Below, piece by piece: positions 1-8,352 of a DNA stretch of 64,000 nucleotides (positions are counted from its first letter, which is position 1; each line of letters opens with the position of its first letter). Source of the stretch: an uncultured delta proteobacterium (GTDB taxonomy: Bacteria; Desulfobacterota; Syntrophorhabdia; Syntrophorhabdales; WCHB1-27). Below the pieces are notes generated by a model. That model was not told the DNA's origin and made no database searches. It worked only from the letters and a program-made list of their open reading frames with translations. The position numbers and the translations under genes are program-made. The stretch is taken from assembly GCA_963768735.1 (NCBI GenBank), contig CAVYJH010000014.1:22233-86232 (forward strand), in the 5' to 3' direction.

Positions 1-821
1 GCGAGCAGGTTCATGCGCCGGTCGATCCGTCGGAAGATCGTGTTCTTTTTGTAGAGGGAGAAATCATGGCCCGTCTTGGCGCGGAGCAGGCGCACTATCT
101 TCGCCAGCGCCACCAGGCGGTCGGGGAGAACCGGCGTTTCCCGGGTACGTAGGCCGCCGAAGTTCTTCATGTAATTGAGGAGCTGTTCCGGCATGCGCTC
201 GGGCGGGAGCACATAGTCGGCATAGCCGCTTTCAACGGCAGCGCGCGGCATGCCGTCGTACTTCGCGGTGGCAGGGTCCTGAACGATCGCGAGGCCCCCC
301 GCTGCGTTCACCTCCCGGAGGGCCGCGGTCCCGTCGCTTCCCGTGCCGGAAAGGACGATGCAGATCGCGTGCTCCTTCTGCTCTTCCGCGAGGGAGCGGA
401 AGAGAAAATCGATGGGCAGGCGCATGCCGCGGTGCTCCGTGGGGACACTCAGCCGCAGGGAGCCTGCGGCCGCGGCCATATACCTGTTGGGAGGGATGAT
501 GTAGATGTGGTCCGCCTCGATCCGCATGCCGTCCTCAGCCTGACGCACGGTCATTACGGTGGAGCGGGCGATGAGCTGGGACATCATGCTTTCATGGTCC
601 GGATCGAGATGCTGGACGATCACGAAGGCCATACCCGCGCCTGCGGGCATGTTCGCAAAAAAGCGCTGGAGGGCCTCCAGGCCGCCCGCCGATGCCCCTA
701 TGCCGACCACGGGGAGGAATGAATCCGTCCGGTCAGGGGCCGGCCGATCCGGGCCGGCTTGGTCGGGCGGCGGCTGCCCGTTGCGAGGCCTACCGACCGA
801 GGTTTTCTTACCCTTGCCCAT
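1..821 (-). CDS. CheB-type protein-glutamate methylesterase domain fused to a CheR-like methyltransferase (N-terminal part only; gene runs off the window start)
   Basis: Not in the ORF track (no stop inside the window). Manual minus-strand translation from the ATG at 821 gives MGKGKKTSVGRPRNG...LPVVGIGASAGGLEALQRFFANMPAGAGMAFVIVQHLDPDHESMMSQLIARS...ICIVLSGTGSDGTAALREV, then a CheR N-domain-like GHDFSLYKKNTIFRRIDRRMNL. Confidence 0.8.
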   Translation of the reverse strand, partial: MGKGKKTSVGRPRNGQPPPDQAGPDRPAPDRTDSFLPVVGIGASAGGLEALQRFFANMPAGAGMAFVIVQHLDPDHESMMSQLIARSTVMTVRQAEDGMRIEADHIYIIPPNRYMAAAAGSLRLSVPTEHRGMRLPIDFLFRSLAEEQKEHAICIVLSGTGSDGTAALREVNAAGGLAIVQDPATAKYDGMPRAAVESGYADYVLPPERMPEQLLNYMKNFGGLRTRETPVLPDRLVALAKIVRLLRAKTGHDFSLYKKNTIFRRIDRRMNLL

Positions 822-1358
822 TGTCCAGGCCCCTTTCGTTTACCCGGCTGTCGCGGCGGTGCTTTTGAAGAGGCCCCCTATTCGTGAGAGGACCATTCGG
901 AGTATAAGACCATCGTGACGCGCGTGCAAGCGTCTCGTAAAACCAGCTAAGGAAAATCATGATCCTGAATGTCAAAAACATTTTCAGTGGCTCACTCGCC
1001 AGGCACCGTAGCCTTCATGGGAGGCAGCATCGGTCCAGACGCGTTCCCAATGGAGGTCTCCGGTGCTCTGTGTTTCCTCTATTCTACCGGGGAGCGTGAC
1101 TGAAATGCAGCATTAGTTTGTATGCTTTGTGGCACCTGCCGGAAGAACGTTCTGTACGGTCAGGTGGCAGAACGCCTTCGATATCTTGTCAGGGAGAGAC
1201 GCAAAACAAGGACGTGAAAATCATCAAAGGATCCATTGCCATCAGACTCATCAATGCTCGGGTCCGGGAGGCAACCGATCCCTTATCGCTGCTGCCGGTT
1301 CATCCAATCTGAACGGTTTGAGGGCTAACTGTCCGTGACCGTCCGCCTCTATTCTCCT

Positions 1359-1415
1359 GTAACAGTTTAGTCCCCCTTCCTGCACCATGCCTCTCAGCTT
1401 GTGTTCTGATACAGG
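1359..1415 (-). mobile_element. Solo terminal fragment (57 bp) of the IS66-family element found at 3386-5349
   Basis: GTAACAGTTTAGTCCCCCTTCCTGCACCATGCCTCTCAGCTTGTGTTCTGATACAGG matches the left ends at 2938 and 3386 with a few mismatches. Similarity stops at 1415. Confidence 0.6.
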
Positions 1416-1888
1416 AGAGATATAGGATGTTATCCGTGACAAATATAGAAGAGATGTATTTTACCACAAGTTGCTGCGAGAAGTCTTAATGCCGACGAAT
1501 GCCACTCGTAATCTCCATTATTTTGAAAGGCGTACAGGTTAATGAGTTAAGGAAGAAGCCTGCCCGGCGTGAAATGCCGATCGTCGATGAAGATTTCACT
1601 CTCTGCGATCGTACCAACAAGCGGCGCAATAAAGAGAGCGTCCCCACACGCCCGCACCCCCTGGAATGCGCCGTCCTTGCGAGAAAAATCTACCATTCCA
1701 CAGGGGGTGAATCCATGAAAAAAAGCCTGTTTTCTCTGCAATATAGGGGATTTTTTCACAGCTTCGGACGTGAAGATTACGCTCACCGCGAGAACACCTA
1801 CGAGTCCTTGCGCACGGCCTTACCAGACGAGTAAAGAGCGCCGCCCGTAAGCCAGGCGAAGTTTTTTCAAAACCTGAACGTTTTTTTC

Positions 1889-1916
1889 TTGACATCTGTG
1901 TGATGCATAGTATAAC
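1889..1916 (+). promoter_or_regulatory. sigma70-like promoter of PEP-CTERM gene 2178-2843
   Basis: TTGACA (1889-1894), 16-nt spacer, TATAAC (1911-1916). The same architecture precedes the three other surface-protein genes. Confidence 0.5.
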
Positions 1917-1933
1917 ATAACATAACAATCAGA

Positions 1934-1968
1934 AAAGCCAAACCATCCGCGAGGGTGGGACGGAAAGC
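1934..1968 (+). promoter_or_regulatory. Conserved 5' leader element, copy 1 of 4 (GNRA-capped hairpin flanked by AAAGCC repeats)
   Basis: AAAGCCAAACCATCCGCGAGGGTGGGACGGAAAGC. The stem is CCATCC/GGGTGG (1943-1948/1953-1958) with loop GCGA. It starts about 18 nt after the -10 box. Confidence 0.6.
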
Positions 1969-2177
1969 TTGAGGGTCTCAGTTTAATTCATCACGGAACA
2001 TGCATCAGTGAGACAGCCGGGCTGCCTGAAAAGAAACTTACAGGAGGTTGCTTATGGCAAAAACTGTGGCAGCGCCCGCTCGGTAAAGCATCGTACACAG
2101 CACGTGCGGGTTTATCGTTTATGATAGACAAGAAGTCGAAGATGGTTGAAGGTAACAAATCCCAGAGGAGGTACTGT

Positions 2178-2843
2178 ATGAGAAAATATGTTGTCCTTGT
2201 TCTTGGCCTGGCACTGCTTTTAGCCATGAGTGCGCCGGCTGCTTTTGCCGTAACCACCATTTATTCGCAGCCATGGGATGGAGGCAGTAATTTGTTTGCA
2301 TCACAGAATGACACCAATGGCAATGGCAATTTCGCTACAACGTACGACAATTTCACGCTTGCTGCGCCAGCGCAAGTCACCGACGTGCACTGGGTAGGCG
2401 GATACTTCAATCCCCCGAACCAAAGCGCTATCACTACGTGGACCGTGAACTTCTTGGCTGATAACGCGGGTCAACCGGGGACCATCCTGTCGAGTTACAC
2501 TTTCTCCGGCACCGGCAATGAAAGCTTCGTGAGCAATGTTAACGGATTTCCCATCTATGATTACTCCGTCGATCTTACCAGCCCGTTTTCAGCGGCAGCC
2601 GGCACCTCTTATTGGCTCTCGGTGGTGCCGACTTTAGGCTTTCCCCCGCAATGGGGATGGGCGGCAGGCACTGGGGGCGATGGTCAAGGTTATCAGAACT
2701 TCTTTGGTACTTTGGGCCCGACTAGTACCGACTTCGCCTTTTCGCTGACCGGTGTTGCCAGTGTTCCCGCGCCTCCCGGCCTGCTCTTACTGGCGTCGGG
2801 TGTCCTCGGTCTTACTGGATTGAAGAGAAGGTTTAAGAGATAG
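2178..2843 (+). CDS. PEP-CTERM sorting-domain secreted protein
   Basis: AGGAGG lies 6 nt before the ATG at 2178 (the track ORF 2121 start is less likely). Signal peptide MRKYVVLVLGLALLLAMSAPAAFA. C-terminus VPAPPGLLLLASGVLGLTGLKRRFKR = PEP-like motif + TM helix + basic tail. Confidence 0.8.
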   Translation: MRKYVVLVLGLALLLAMSAPAAFAVTTIYSQPWDGGSNLFASQNDTNGNGNFATTYDNFTLAAPAQVTDVHWVGGYFNPPNQSAITTWTVNFLADNAGQPGTILSSYTFSGTGNESFVSNVNGFPIYDYSVDLTSPFSAAAGTSYWLSVVPTLGFPPQWGWAAGTGGDGQGYQNFFGTLGPTSTDFAFSLTGVASVPAPPGLLLLASGVLGLTGLKRRFKR

Positions 2844-2862
2844 AAAACAGTTTACACCCAGG

Positions 2863-2892
2863 GGCAGGGACCAAGCGTCCCTGCCTTTTTTC
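2863..2892 (+). terminator. Rho-independent terminator
   Basis: GGCAGGGAC-caagc-GTCCCTGCC followed by TTTTTT, 20 nt after the stop codon. Confidence 0.7.
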
Positions 2893-2937
2893 CTGCCTCT
2901 GGTCACGATTACCCTTTGAACTCCGGTATCAATCGAA

Positions 2938-3385
2938 GTAACAGTTTAGTCCCCTTCTTGCACCATGCCTCTCAGCTTGTGTTCTGATACAGGGCAGCCT
3001 GGGCTTTGGCGGTATCGGACGTAAGAAGAATTTGGAGAAACTCCCGTGGATTTCTTCCCTGCCTGAGTGCGGTGAGTATAAGGCTGGGCAGGACGCTATG
3101 CGTTCTCAATCCGCTTATGGATCGAGTGCCGAACATGATTTTCCGGAAGATTACCAGAAAGCGGATCGACTGCTCCGCTTGATTGTTTGTCGGTTGCACC
3201 CCCGGGTAGCGAAGAAAGGTGAACAGATTCTTACGATCCTTGATGAGGGAGGCTCGTAAGGCTTCGGCAGGCTTGTAGCCGAGCGGGTCCGTACAGAGCT
3301 TTTTGAGTTCCGAGATGAGCTGCTTTTCAATACGGGGCGCCTGCTTCCACGTCCTTGCCCCGGAGAGAAGTTCCTGCCCCAGCGC
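2938..3385 (-). pseudogene. Truncated, diverged copy of the IS66-family element (left end plus transposase C-terminal coding remnant)
   Basis: Collinear with 3386-3833 at roughly 90% identity by eye. Track ORF 2972-3199 repeats the last 75 aa of the 505-aa transposase. It ends abruptly where the intact copy begins. Confidence 0.75.
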
Positions 3386-3419
3386 GTAACAGTTTAGTCC
3401 CCCTTCTGCGCCATGCCTG

Positions 3420-4937
3420 TCAGCTTGTGTTCTGATACAGGGCAGCCTGGGCCTTGGCGGTATTGGACGTGAGAAGAATTTGGAGAAACTCTAGTGGATT
3501 TCTTCCCTGCCTGAGTGCGGTAAGTACAAGGCTGGGCAGGATACTATGCGTTCTTAGTCCGCTTATGGATCGAGTGCCGAACATGATTTTCCGAAAGATC
3601 ACCAGAAAGCGGATCGACTGCTCCGCTTGATTGTTTGTCGGCTGCACCCCGGGGTAGCGAAGAAAGGTGAAGAAGTTCTTGCGATCCTTGATGAGGGAGA
3701 CTCGCAAGGCTTCGGCAGGCTTGTAACCGAGCGGGTCTTTACAGAGCTTTTTGAGTTCCGAGACGAGCCGCTTTTCAATACGGGGCGCCTGCTTCCACGT
3801 CCTTGCGCCGGAGAGAAGTTCCCGCCCCAGCGCACAGGCTTTCGAGAAGACCGCGGCGATGCCGGCGCAAAAGGCTTCTGCTTTTCTGTCGCGGTCCTTT
3901 ATGAGCAGAAGCTCTCGGGTGATTTCCTTGGCCTGAGTGATAAGATGGCTCAGACAGGCTTGCCGCGCCTTGGCATGCGCACCGTTATAGGCGGCGTAGC
4001 GATCGGTGACCAGGATGCCCTCAAAGCTCGATCCCAGGATAGATTGGGCCACTTCCGTCGATCGGTGGCGGTCGATGTGGAAGAGCGCCAGATCAGGATT
4101 CCCCGCGTACCACGCATAATGGCCTATGCCGTCATTTCGCCACGAGGTCTCATCGGCATGGATGACGGCCGATGCCTTGATTTTCTCTCGCAGGTCTTCA
4201 TAAATAGCCGCCCCTTTTTGCGCTGCCAGCCGGTCGAACCCCAATGCGGAGGCGCACACAAATTCCAGGCCGAACAACGCCCTGAAGACCTCAGTGACTT
4301 TTCTGTAAGGCATCCCTATCCGATACCGTAAATATATGGCGACGGACTTCGCCACCGGCCCGATAGGGGCATTAAGAAGCTCATCCTCTCCCCCTTGAAC
4401 CACCGACCGGCGACAATGGCCGCAGTATGCCTCTTCGTGCACATACCTCGTAATGATCGTCCGGGGACGAAGCAGAATGTCTTCCTGGAGATGCTCGCTG
4501 ACTTGCCCTGTGGGCAGAAGGCTATCGGATCCGCAATGAGGACATATCGAAGGGGCGGGAAGGTGAACGGTTCTGTCCACACGCGCAGGCTTGGGTCTGG
4601 ACCATCCGGGATGGCCAGTAGGAGCGCCTCGCTTCTTCCTTGTTCCGGCAGGGCTGCCGCTTTCTGAAGGAGGTTTGTTTGCCTTGAACTGTCTGCGATG
4701 GAGCGCGGTATTCTTCGCTTTCAGTTCCGCATTCTCTTTCTCCAGAATCCGGACCTGTTTCATGACTGCGTTCAACCGGGCGTCCAGTACATCGATAATG
4801 CGAAGATGTTCGTCGTACACCTCATCGGCACGCCGGTATCCTTCAAAAACCCACGTGGTGGACAGTCCATCCAGATGCGGACAATGATCCGTATAAGGGC
4901 AGCTAAAGCCATACGGTGGATACGCGGGACGAGGCAC
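3420..4937 (-). CDS. IS66-family transposase
   Basis: 505 aa with an N-terminal coiled-coil/leucine-zipper region (RILEKENAELKAKNTALHRRQF), a Zn-finger-like CPHCG...CGHC, and a DDE region with HADETSW, typical of the IS66 TnpC type. Confidence 0.9.
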   Translation of the reverse strand: MPRPAYPPYGFSCPYTDHCPHLDGLSTTWVFEGYRRADEVYDEHLRIIDVLDARLNAVMKQVRILEKENAELKAKNTALHRRQFKANKPPSESGSPAGTRKKRGAPTGHPGWSRPKPARVDRTVHLPAPSICPHCGSDSLLPTGQVSEHLQEDILLRPRTIITRYVHEEAYCGHCRRSVVQGGEDELLNAPIGPVAKSVAIYLRYRIGMPYRKVTEVFRALFGLEFVCASALGFDRLAAQKGAAIYEDLREKIKASAVIHADETSWRNDGIGHYAWYAGNPDLALFHIDRHRSTEVAQSILGSSFEGILVTDRYAAYNGAHAKARQACLSHLITQAKEITRELLLIKDRDRKAEAFCAGIAAVFSKACALGRELLSGARTWKQAPRIEKRLVSELKKLCKDPLGYKPAEALRVSLIKDRKNFFTFLRYPGVQPTNNQAEQSIRFLVIFRKIMFGTRSISGLRTHSILPSLVLTALRQGRNPLEFLQILLTSNTAKAQAALYQNTS

Positions 4938-4942
4938 GGCGC

Positions 4943-5233
4943 CTATTCGCGCTCCAGCTTAAGAATCTCCCAGTTGAGTCTGGAGAGTTCCTGCAGAAGA
5001 AGCCACATTCTCCTATACCGCTTGGTCATCTCCTCTGCTTCCCTCACGATTCCTTTTCTCACGTACAGGGATACCGTTTTCCCCTTCGCCTTCGTGGTAA
5101 GACCGTAGCCGGACATGGAAGGAGATTTGGCTACCGTTCCGATAAGGAAGACGTCAAGATGTGCAACGATGTCCTCCCTGAGCCTATCCCGACGCTTTTT
5201 TAGAATATCGACTCTCTGCATGCCATCCTCCAT
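4943..5233 (-). CDS. Small IS-internal protein upstream of the transposase (coiled-coil C-terminus, possibly DUF6788-like)
   Basis: 96-aa ORF inside the IS, 5 nt upstream of the transposase start. Family assignment is from memory only. Confidence 0.45.
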   Translation of the reverse strand: MEDGMQRVDILKKRRDRLREDIVAHLDVFLIGTVAKSPSMSGYGLTTKAKGKTVSLYVRKGIVREAEEMTKRYRRMWLLLQELSRLNWEILKLERE

Positions 5234-5567
5234 ATAAGAGTATATATACTCTTATTATTTTAACGATAAAATCACCGTTAGTCAACAGTTTTATTGAATG
5301 TCAGGTGGATTCTAGATGAATAAAACTAGGAAGAGGACTAAACTGTTACCAATCGAAGAGATTGGGCGAAGGGGACGTTCTTCACCGCTTTCACTTGTCG
5401 AGTCTGTTGACCCCCAGTCTAACCTATCAATTCACTCGTACGCGGAGAATGCAAGAGAAACTCGACGGTTATCGGGTTCAGGAAGTAGCCGATAGACTGG
5501 GCGCCCGCTTGCTATTTCGCAAATGGGCCGATAAGTTTTTTGAAAAATACCTATTCAGGCGGGGCGG

Positions 5568-5846
5568 CTACGCGGTCTTCTTCCGCTCCTGGGCTATTCG
5601 CTCGCTCAGATATATTTTCAGTAGACTTTGGTATGGTATGTCTTGCTTATTGGCAAGGACTTTCAATTCATCAAGGAGCCATGCCGGCAACCGGAGAGAA
5701 ATGGTCCTGGTGGAAGGTTTCAGGCTCAGGAAAGAGGCCCTTGCGGCCTTGGACCAATCCACATATTCCGTAGAATCGTGAGTTGACCAGAACTCAAATT
5801 CTTCTTCCTCATTGTTAAAGGTCGGCACTTTTTTCAGCTTTTTCAT
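5568..5846 (-). CDS. brnA: BrnA-type antitoxin (CopG/RHH-like)
   Basis: MKKLKKVPTFNNEEEEFEFWSTHDSTEYVDWSKA...ISLRLPAWLLDELKVLANKQDIPYQSLLKIYL. Overlaps the 3' end of the upstream DUF497 gene. Confidence 0.75.
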   Translation of the reverse strand: MKKLKKVPTFNNEEEEFEFWSTHDSTEYVDWSKAARASFLSLKPSTRTISLRLPAWLLDELKVLANKQDIPYQSLLKIYLSERIAQERKKTA

Positions 5847-6153
5847 ACGCTTTCCTCTCTTTCTTGTGTGCATCCCTTGCCGTAATCACCCGTATCTTGC
5901 CGCCTCTCAGGGTAAAGGCCAGAAAGAGTATCCTTCCTTCGTCGGTCTTGCCCAACACCCGGTAACGATCTTCCGATGCTGAGTGGGCCATATCTTCGCT
6001 GACGATAAACTGCCCATTGAGAAGGACTTCCTCGCATTCGACGTAAGCTACGCGGTGTCTTTCCCAATTCTTCTCGATGTTCCCCCGGTCCCATTCAAAC
6101 TCAGCGGCAGAGAACACCTTATCGAGTTCGCGCATATTGTATATTATATCCAT
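5815..6153 (-). CDS. brnT: BrnT-type toxin (DUF497 ribonuclease)
   Basis: FEWDRGNIEKNWERHRV...RYRVLGKTDEGRILFLAFTLRGGKIRVITARDAHKKERKAY, the characteristic BrnT pattern. Confidence 0.8.
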   Translation of the reverse strand: MDIIYNMRELDKVFSAAEFEWDRGNIEKNWERHRVAYVECEEVLLNGQFIVSEDMAHSASEDRYRVLGKTDEGRILFLAFTLRGGKIRVITARDAHKKERKAYEKAEKSADL

Positions 6154-6232
6154 ATACGATTGTTGTCAAGAAAAGCAGGTGGGGGAAACATAAAGGGGGG
6201 GGATATGTCTAAAAAAACAGCAGAGGTTTGCC

Positions 6233-6488
6233 ATGACGGAGGTAGAGAAGAAAGAGGGGCGGATGGTTCCAGCCAAGCGTCGACGTGATCGAAGAGGATG
6301 AGCATGTGCGGATCGAGGTGGAAGTTCCCGGAATGAGCATCGAGGACCTTTCGGTAACCATAGAGGAGGATTCCGTCATCGCCCGCATGGTTTTTCTCTT
6401 CGGCCACAGGTTTTTCATCCGGAAGGTCCGGCCGCGAGCCGCCCTGAAGACCCGATACGTTGTGAGGCATTATCAGGTTTTGTATTGA
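6233..6488 (+). pseudogene. Possible frameshifted Hsp20/alpha-crystallin-domain gene
   Basis: Frame 0 reads GWFQPSVDVIEEDEHVRIEVEVPGMSIEDLSVTIEEDSVI (the first half of an ACD). The start codon (6233) is in another frame across a G-run, and the C-terminal half is only recognisable in a third frame. Confidence 0.3.
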
Positions 6489-6598
6489 TCTTTATCACTC
6501 CACGGGATATCATTTCCTCAGTGAAACATCACCTTAGCCGCGAGAGAGAGGGCGAGTCTACGATGCCCCTTTGAAAACGGCTTTTGTCCGGGTAACTT

Positions 6599-8350
6599 AT
6601 GTACGCGGAATATTTCGGTCTGAAAAAAAAGCCTTTTTCGATCGTCCCCGATCCTGCCTGCTTCTACATGAGCGACAGGCATCGGGAGGCCCTCGCCCAC
6701 CTGATGTACGGCGCCACCGGCGACGGCGGGTTTGTGCTTTTGACGGGCGAGATCGGGACGGGGAAGACCACTGTTTGCCGCCGCCTTTTCGAGCTGACCC
6801 CCGAGGCGATGGACGTGGCCTTTATCCTCAATCCTAAATTGACCTCCGAGGAGCTTCTCGCAACGATCTGCGACGAGTTCGGCATCAGTTACCCGGAAGG
6901 CACGACGAGCATCAGGATACTGGTGGCCCGCATCAACGATTATCTCCTCGATGCCCATGAAAAGGGACGCAGGGCAGTCCTCATTATCGAAGAGGCCCAG
7001 AACCTGACGCCTGAGGTGCTCGAACAGGTCAGGTTGCTGACCAACCTCGAAACCAATCAGCGGAAGCTGCTTCAGGTGATCATGATCGGCCAGCCGGAGC
7101 TGAGGGAGATGCTCGCGAAACCGCAGCTCCGCCAGCTCTCCCAGCGCATCACGGCACGCTATCACCTTGGTCCCCTGTCAAAAGAAGAAGTGCCCGAATA
7201 CATCAACTATCGCCTTTCGGTGGCCGGGGCGCGGAGCCGGCTATTTCCTCCGGCAACTATCAATAAGGTGTACGGGCTTACCAGGGGGATTCCACGCCTG
7301 ATCAACGTGGTGTGCGACAGGGCCTTGCTCGGGACATTCGTACAGGAGCTGGAGCGTGTCAGCGTTGCCACATTAAAGAAGGCGGCGCGGGAAGTAATGG
7401 CCGAGGAAGGCGGCAAAGGGAAGCGCGCGGGCCTCTACACGGCGGCGGCGGCCCTTTTGGCGCTCTGCATTGCTCTCGGGGTTTTCACCTACATGCCCGG
7501 ACTGCGGCAATGGGTCTCCTCCGGCCGCCTCCACGCACGGCTGGACCGGCCTCTTGTCGTCCAAAAGGCGACCCTTGCGCGAGAGGCGCCGCTGCCGCTG
7601 CCCACGGGAGCTGCCGGTGAGAGAAAGGCCGCGCCCCCAGGAGAGGCGACGCAGGCGTCCCGGACAGGCGCTGTTGACGGCGGCAAGGCGAAGCCCCCCC
7701 AAAAGGCCGCTCTGAGTCGTCCTGCAGGTTATAGCGGCCGTGACACGAGGGAAATGGCATACCGGGCACTCTACACGCAATGGCATGTCCCCTATTACAG
7801 CGGTAAGGACCGCTCTTCGATGTGCGCCCAGGCAAGGTCGGCCGGTGTGAGGTGCCTCATGGGCAAAGGCGCCGTCGGCGATCTTATCGCGATGAACAGG
7901 CCCGCGGTGCTGCGGTTTAAGGATAAGACGCACGGCGACTACTATGGCCTGCTGACCGCGCTCGATGGGGAGACGGCCACCCTCACGCTGGGTGATGAGA
8001 CAAGGACCGTCGACACGCGGGAGATCGCCGAGCGGTGGACGGGCGATTATCTGCTCCTCTGGCGCGCGCCCCCGGAATATAGGGGCACCTTGAAGCCGGG
8101 GAGCCGGGGGCCTGCCGTGGCGTGGATAGAAAGGCAGGTGGCCCTCGCCCAGGGGCGGGCGGCCCCGATCGGAGAGAACCCGATATATGACGAGAAGGTG
8201 AAAAGACAGGTGAGGGCATTTCAGACCGCAGCAGGCGTCGCGCCCGACGGGATCGCGGGCCCGAAGACGATCCTGCGTCTGCCGAATGCAGGCGCAGCCA
8301 CTCGGGACCCGGTCCTCAAGGCCGTCCGGAGTGAAAAGGGGATCAGGTAG
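6599..8350 (+). CDS. exeA: ExeA/GspA-like AAA ATPase with C-terminal peptidoglycan-binding domain
   Basis: MYAEYFGLKKKPFSIVPDP..., Walker A GEIGTGKTT, Walker B LIIEEAQNL, and a C-terminal PG_binding_1-like VKRQVRAFQTAAGVAPDGIAGPKTILRL. Confidence 0.85.
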   Translation: MYAEYFGLKKKPFSIVPDPACFYMSDRHREALAHLMYGATGDGGFVLLTGEIGTGKTTVCRRLFELTPEAMDVAFILNPKLTSEELLATICDEFGISYPEGTTSIRILVARINDYLLDAHEKGRRAVLIIEEAQNLTPEVLEQVRLLTNLETNQRKLLQVIMIGQPELREMLAKPQLRQLSQRITARYHLGPLSKEEVPEYINYRLSVAGARSRLFPPATINKVYGLTRGIPRLINVVCDRALLGTFVQELERVSVATLKKAAREVMAEEGGKGKRAGLYTAAAALLALCIALGVFTYMPGLRQWVSSGRLHARLDRPLVVQKATLAREAPLPLPTGAAGERKAAPPGEATQASRTGAVDGGKAKPPQKAALSRPAGYSGRDTREMAYRALYTQWHVPYYSGKDRSSMCAQARSAGVRCLMGKGAVGDLIAMNRPAVLRFKDKTHGDYYGLLTALDGETATLTLGDETRTVDTREIAERWTGDYLLLWRAPPEYRGTLKPGSRGPAVAWIERQVALAQGRAAPIGENPIYDEKVKRQVRAFQTAAGVAPDGIAGPKTILRLPNAGAATRDPVLKAVRSEKGIR

Positions 8351-8352
8351 GC

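Larger units (their letters stand above)
3386..5349 (-). mobile_element. IS66-family insertion sequence (intact copy)
   Basis: Terminal inverted repeats GTAACAGTTTAGTCC (3386-3400) and GGACTAAACTGTTAC (5335-5349). Contains the transposase ORF and a small upstream ORF. Confidence 0.85.

Noticed and set aside
1127-1146. TGGCAC string suggestive of a sigma54 -24 element
   Set aside because: The spacing or sequence for the -12 element (TTGC) is missing (TGGCACCTGCCGGAAG), and there is no downstream gene.
1547-1786. 79-aa minus-strand ORF whose end (GDALFIAPLVGTIAESEIFIDDRHF) faintly resembles a PIN/VapC C-terminus
   Set aside because: The similarity is too weak to call from memory. There is no partner antitoxin ORF, and the region lies between IS fragments and is probably decayed.
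2905-2938. Possible further copy of the 20.7/23.4-kb repeat end (AACTCCGGTATCAATC versus AACTTCCGGTATCGATC) at the IS66 target site
   Set aside because: Only about 15 of 17 nt match and similarity does not continue on either side, so chance cannot be excluded.
6518-7165. 215-aa minus-strand ORF
   Set aside because: Antisense shadow of exeA.
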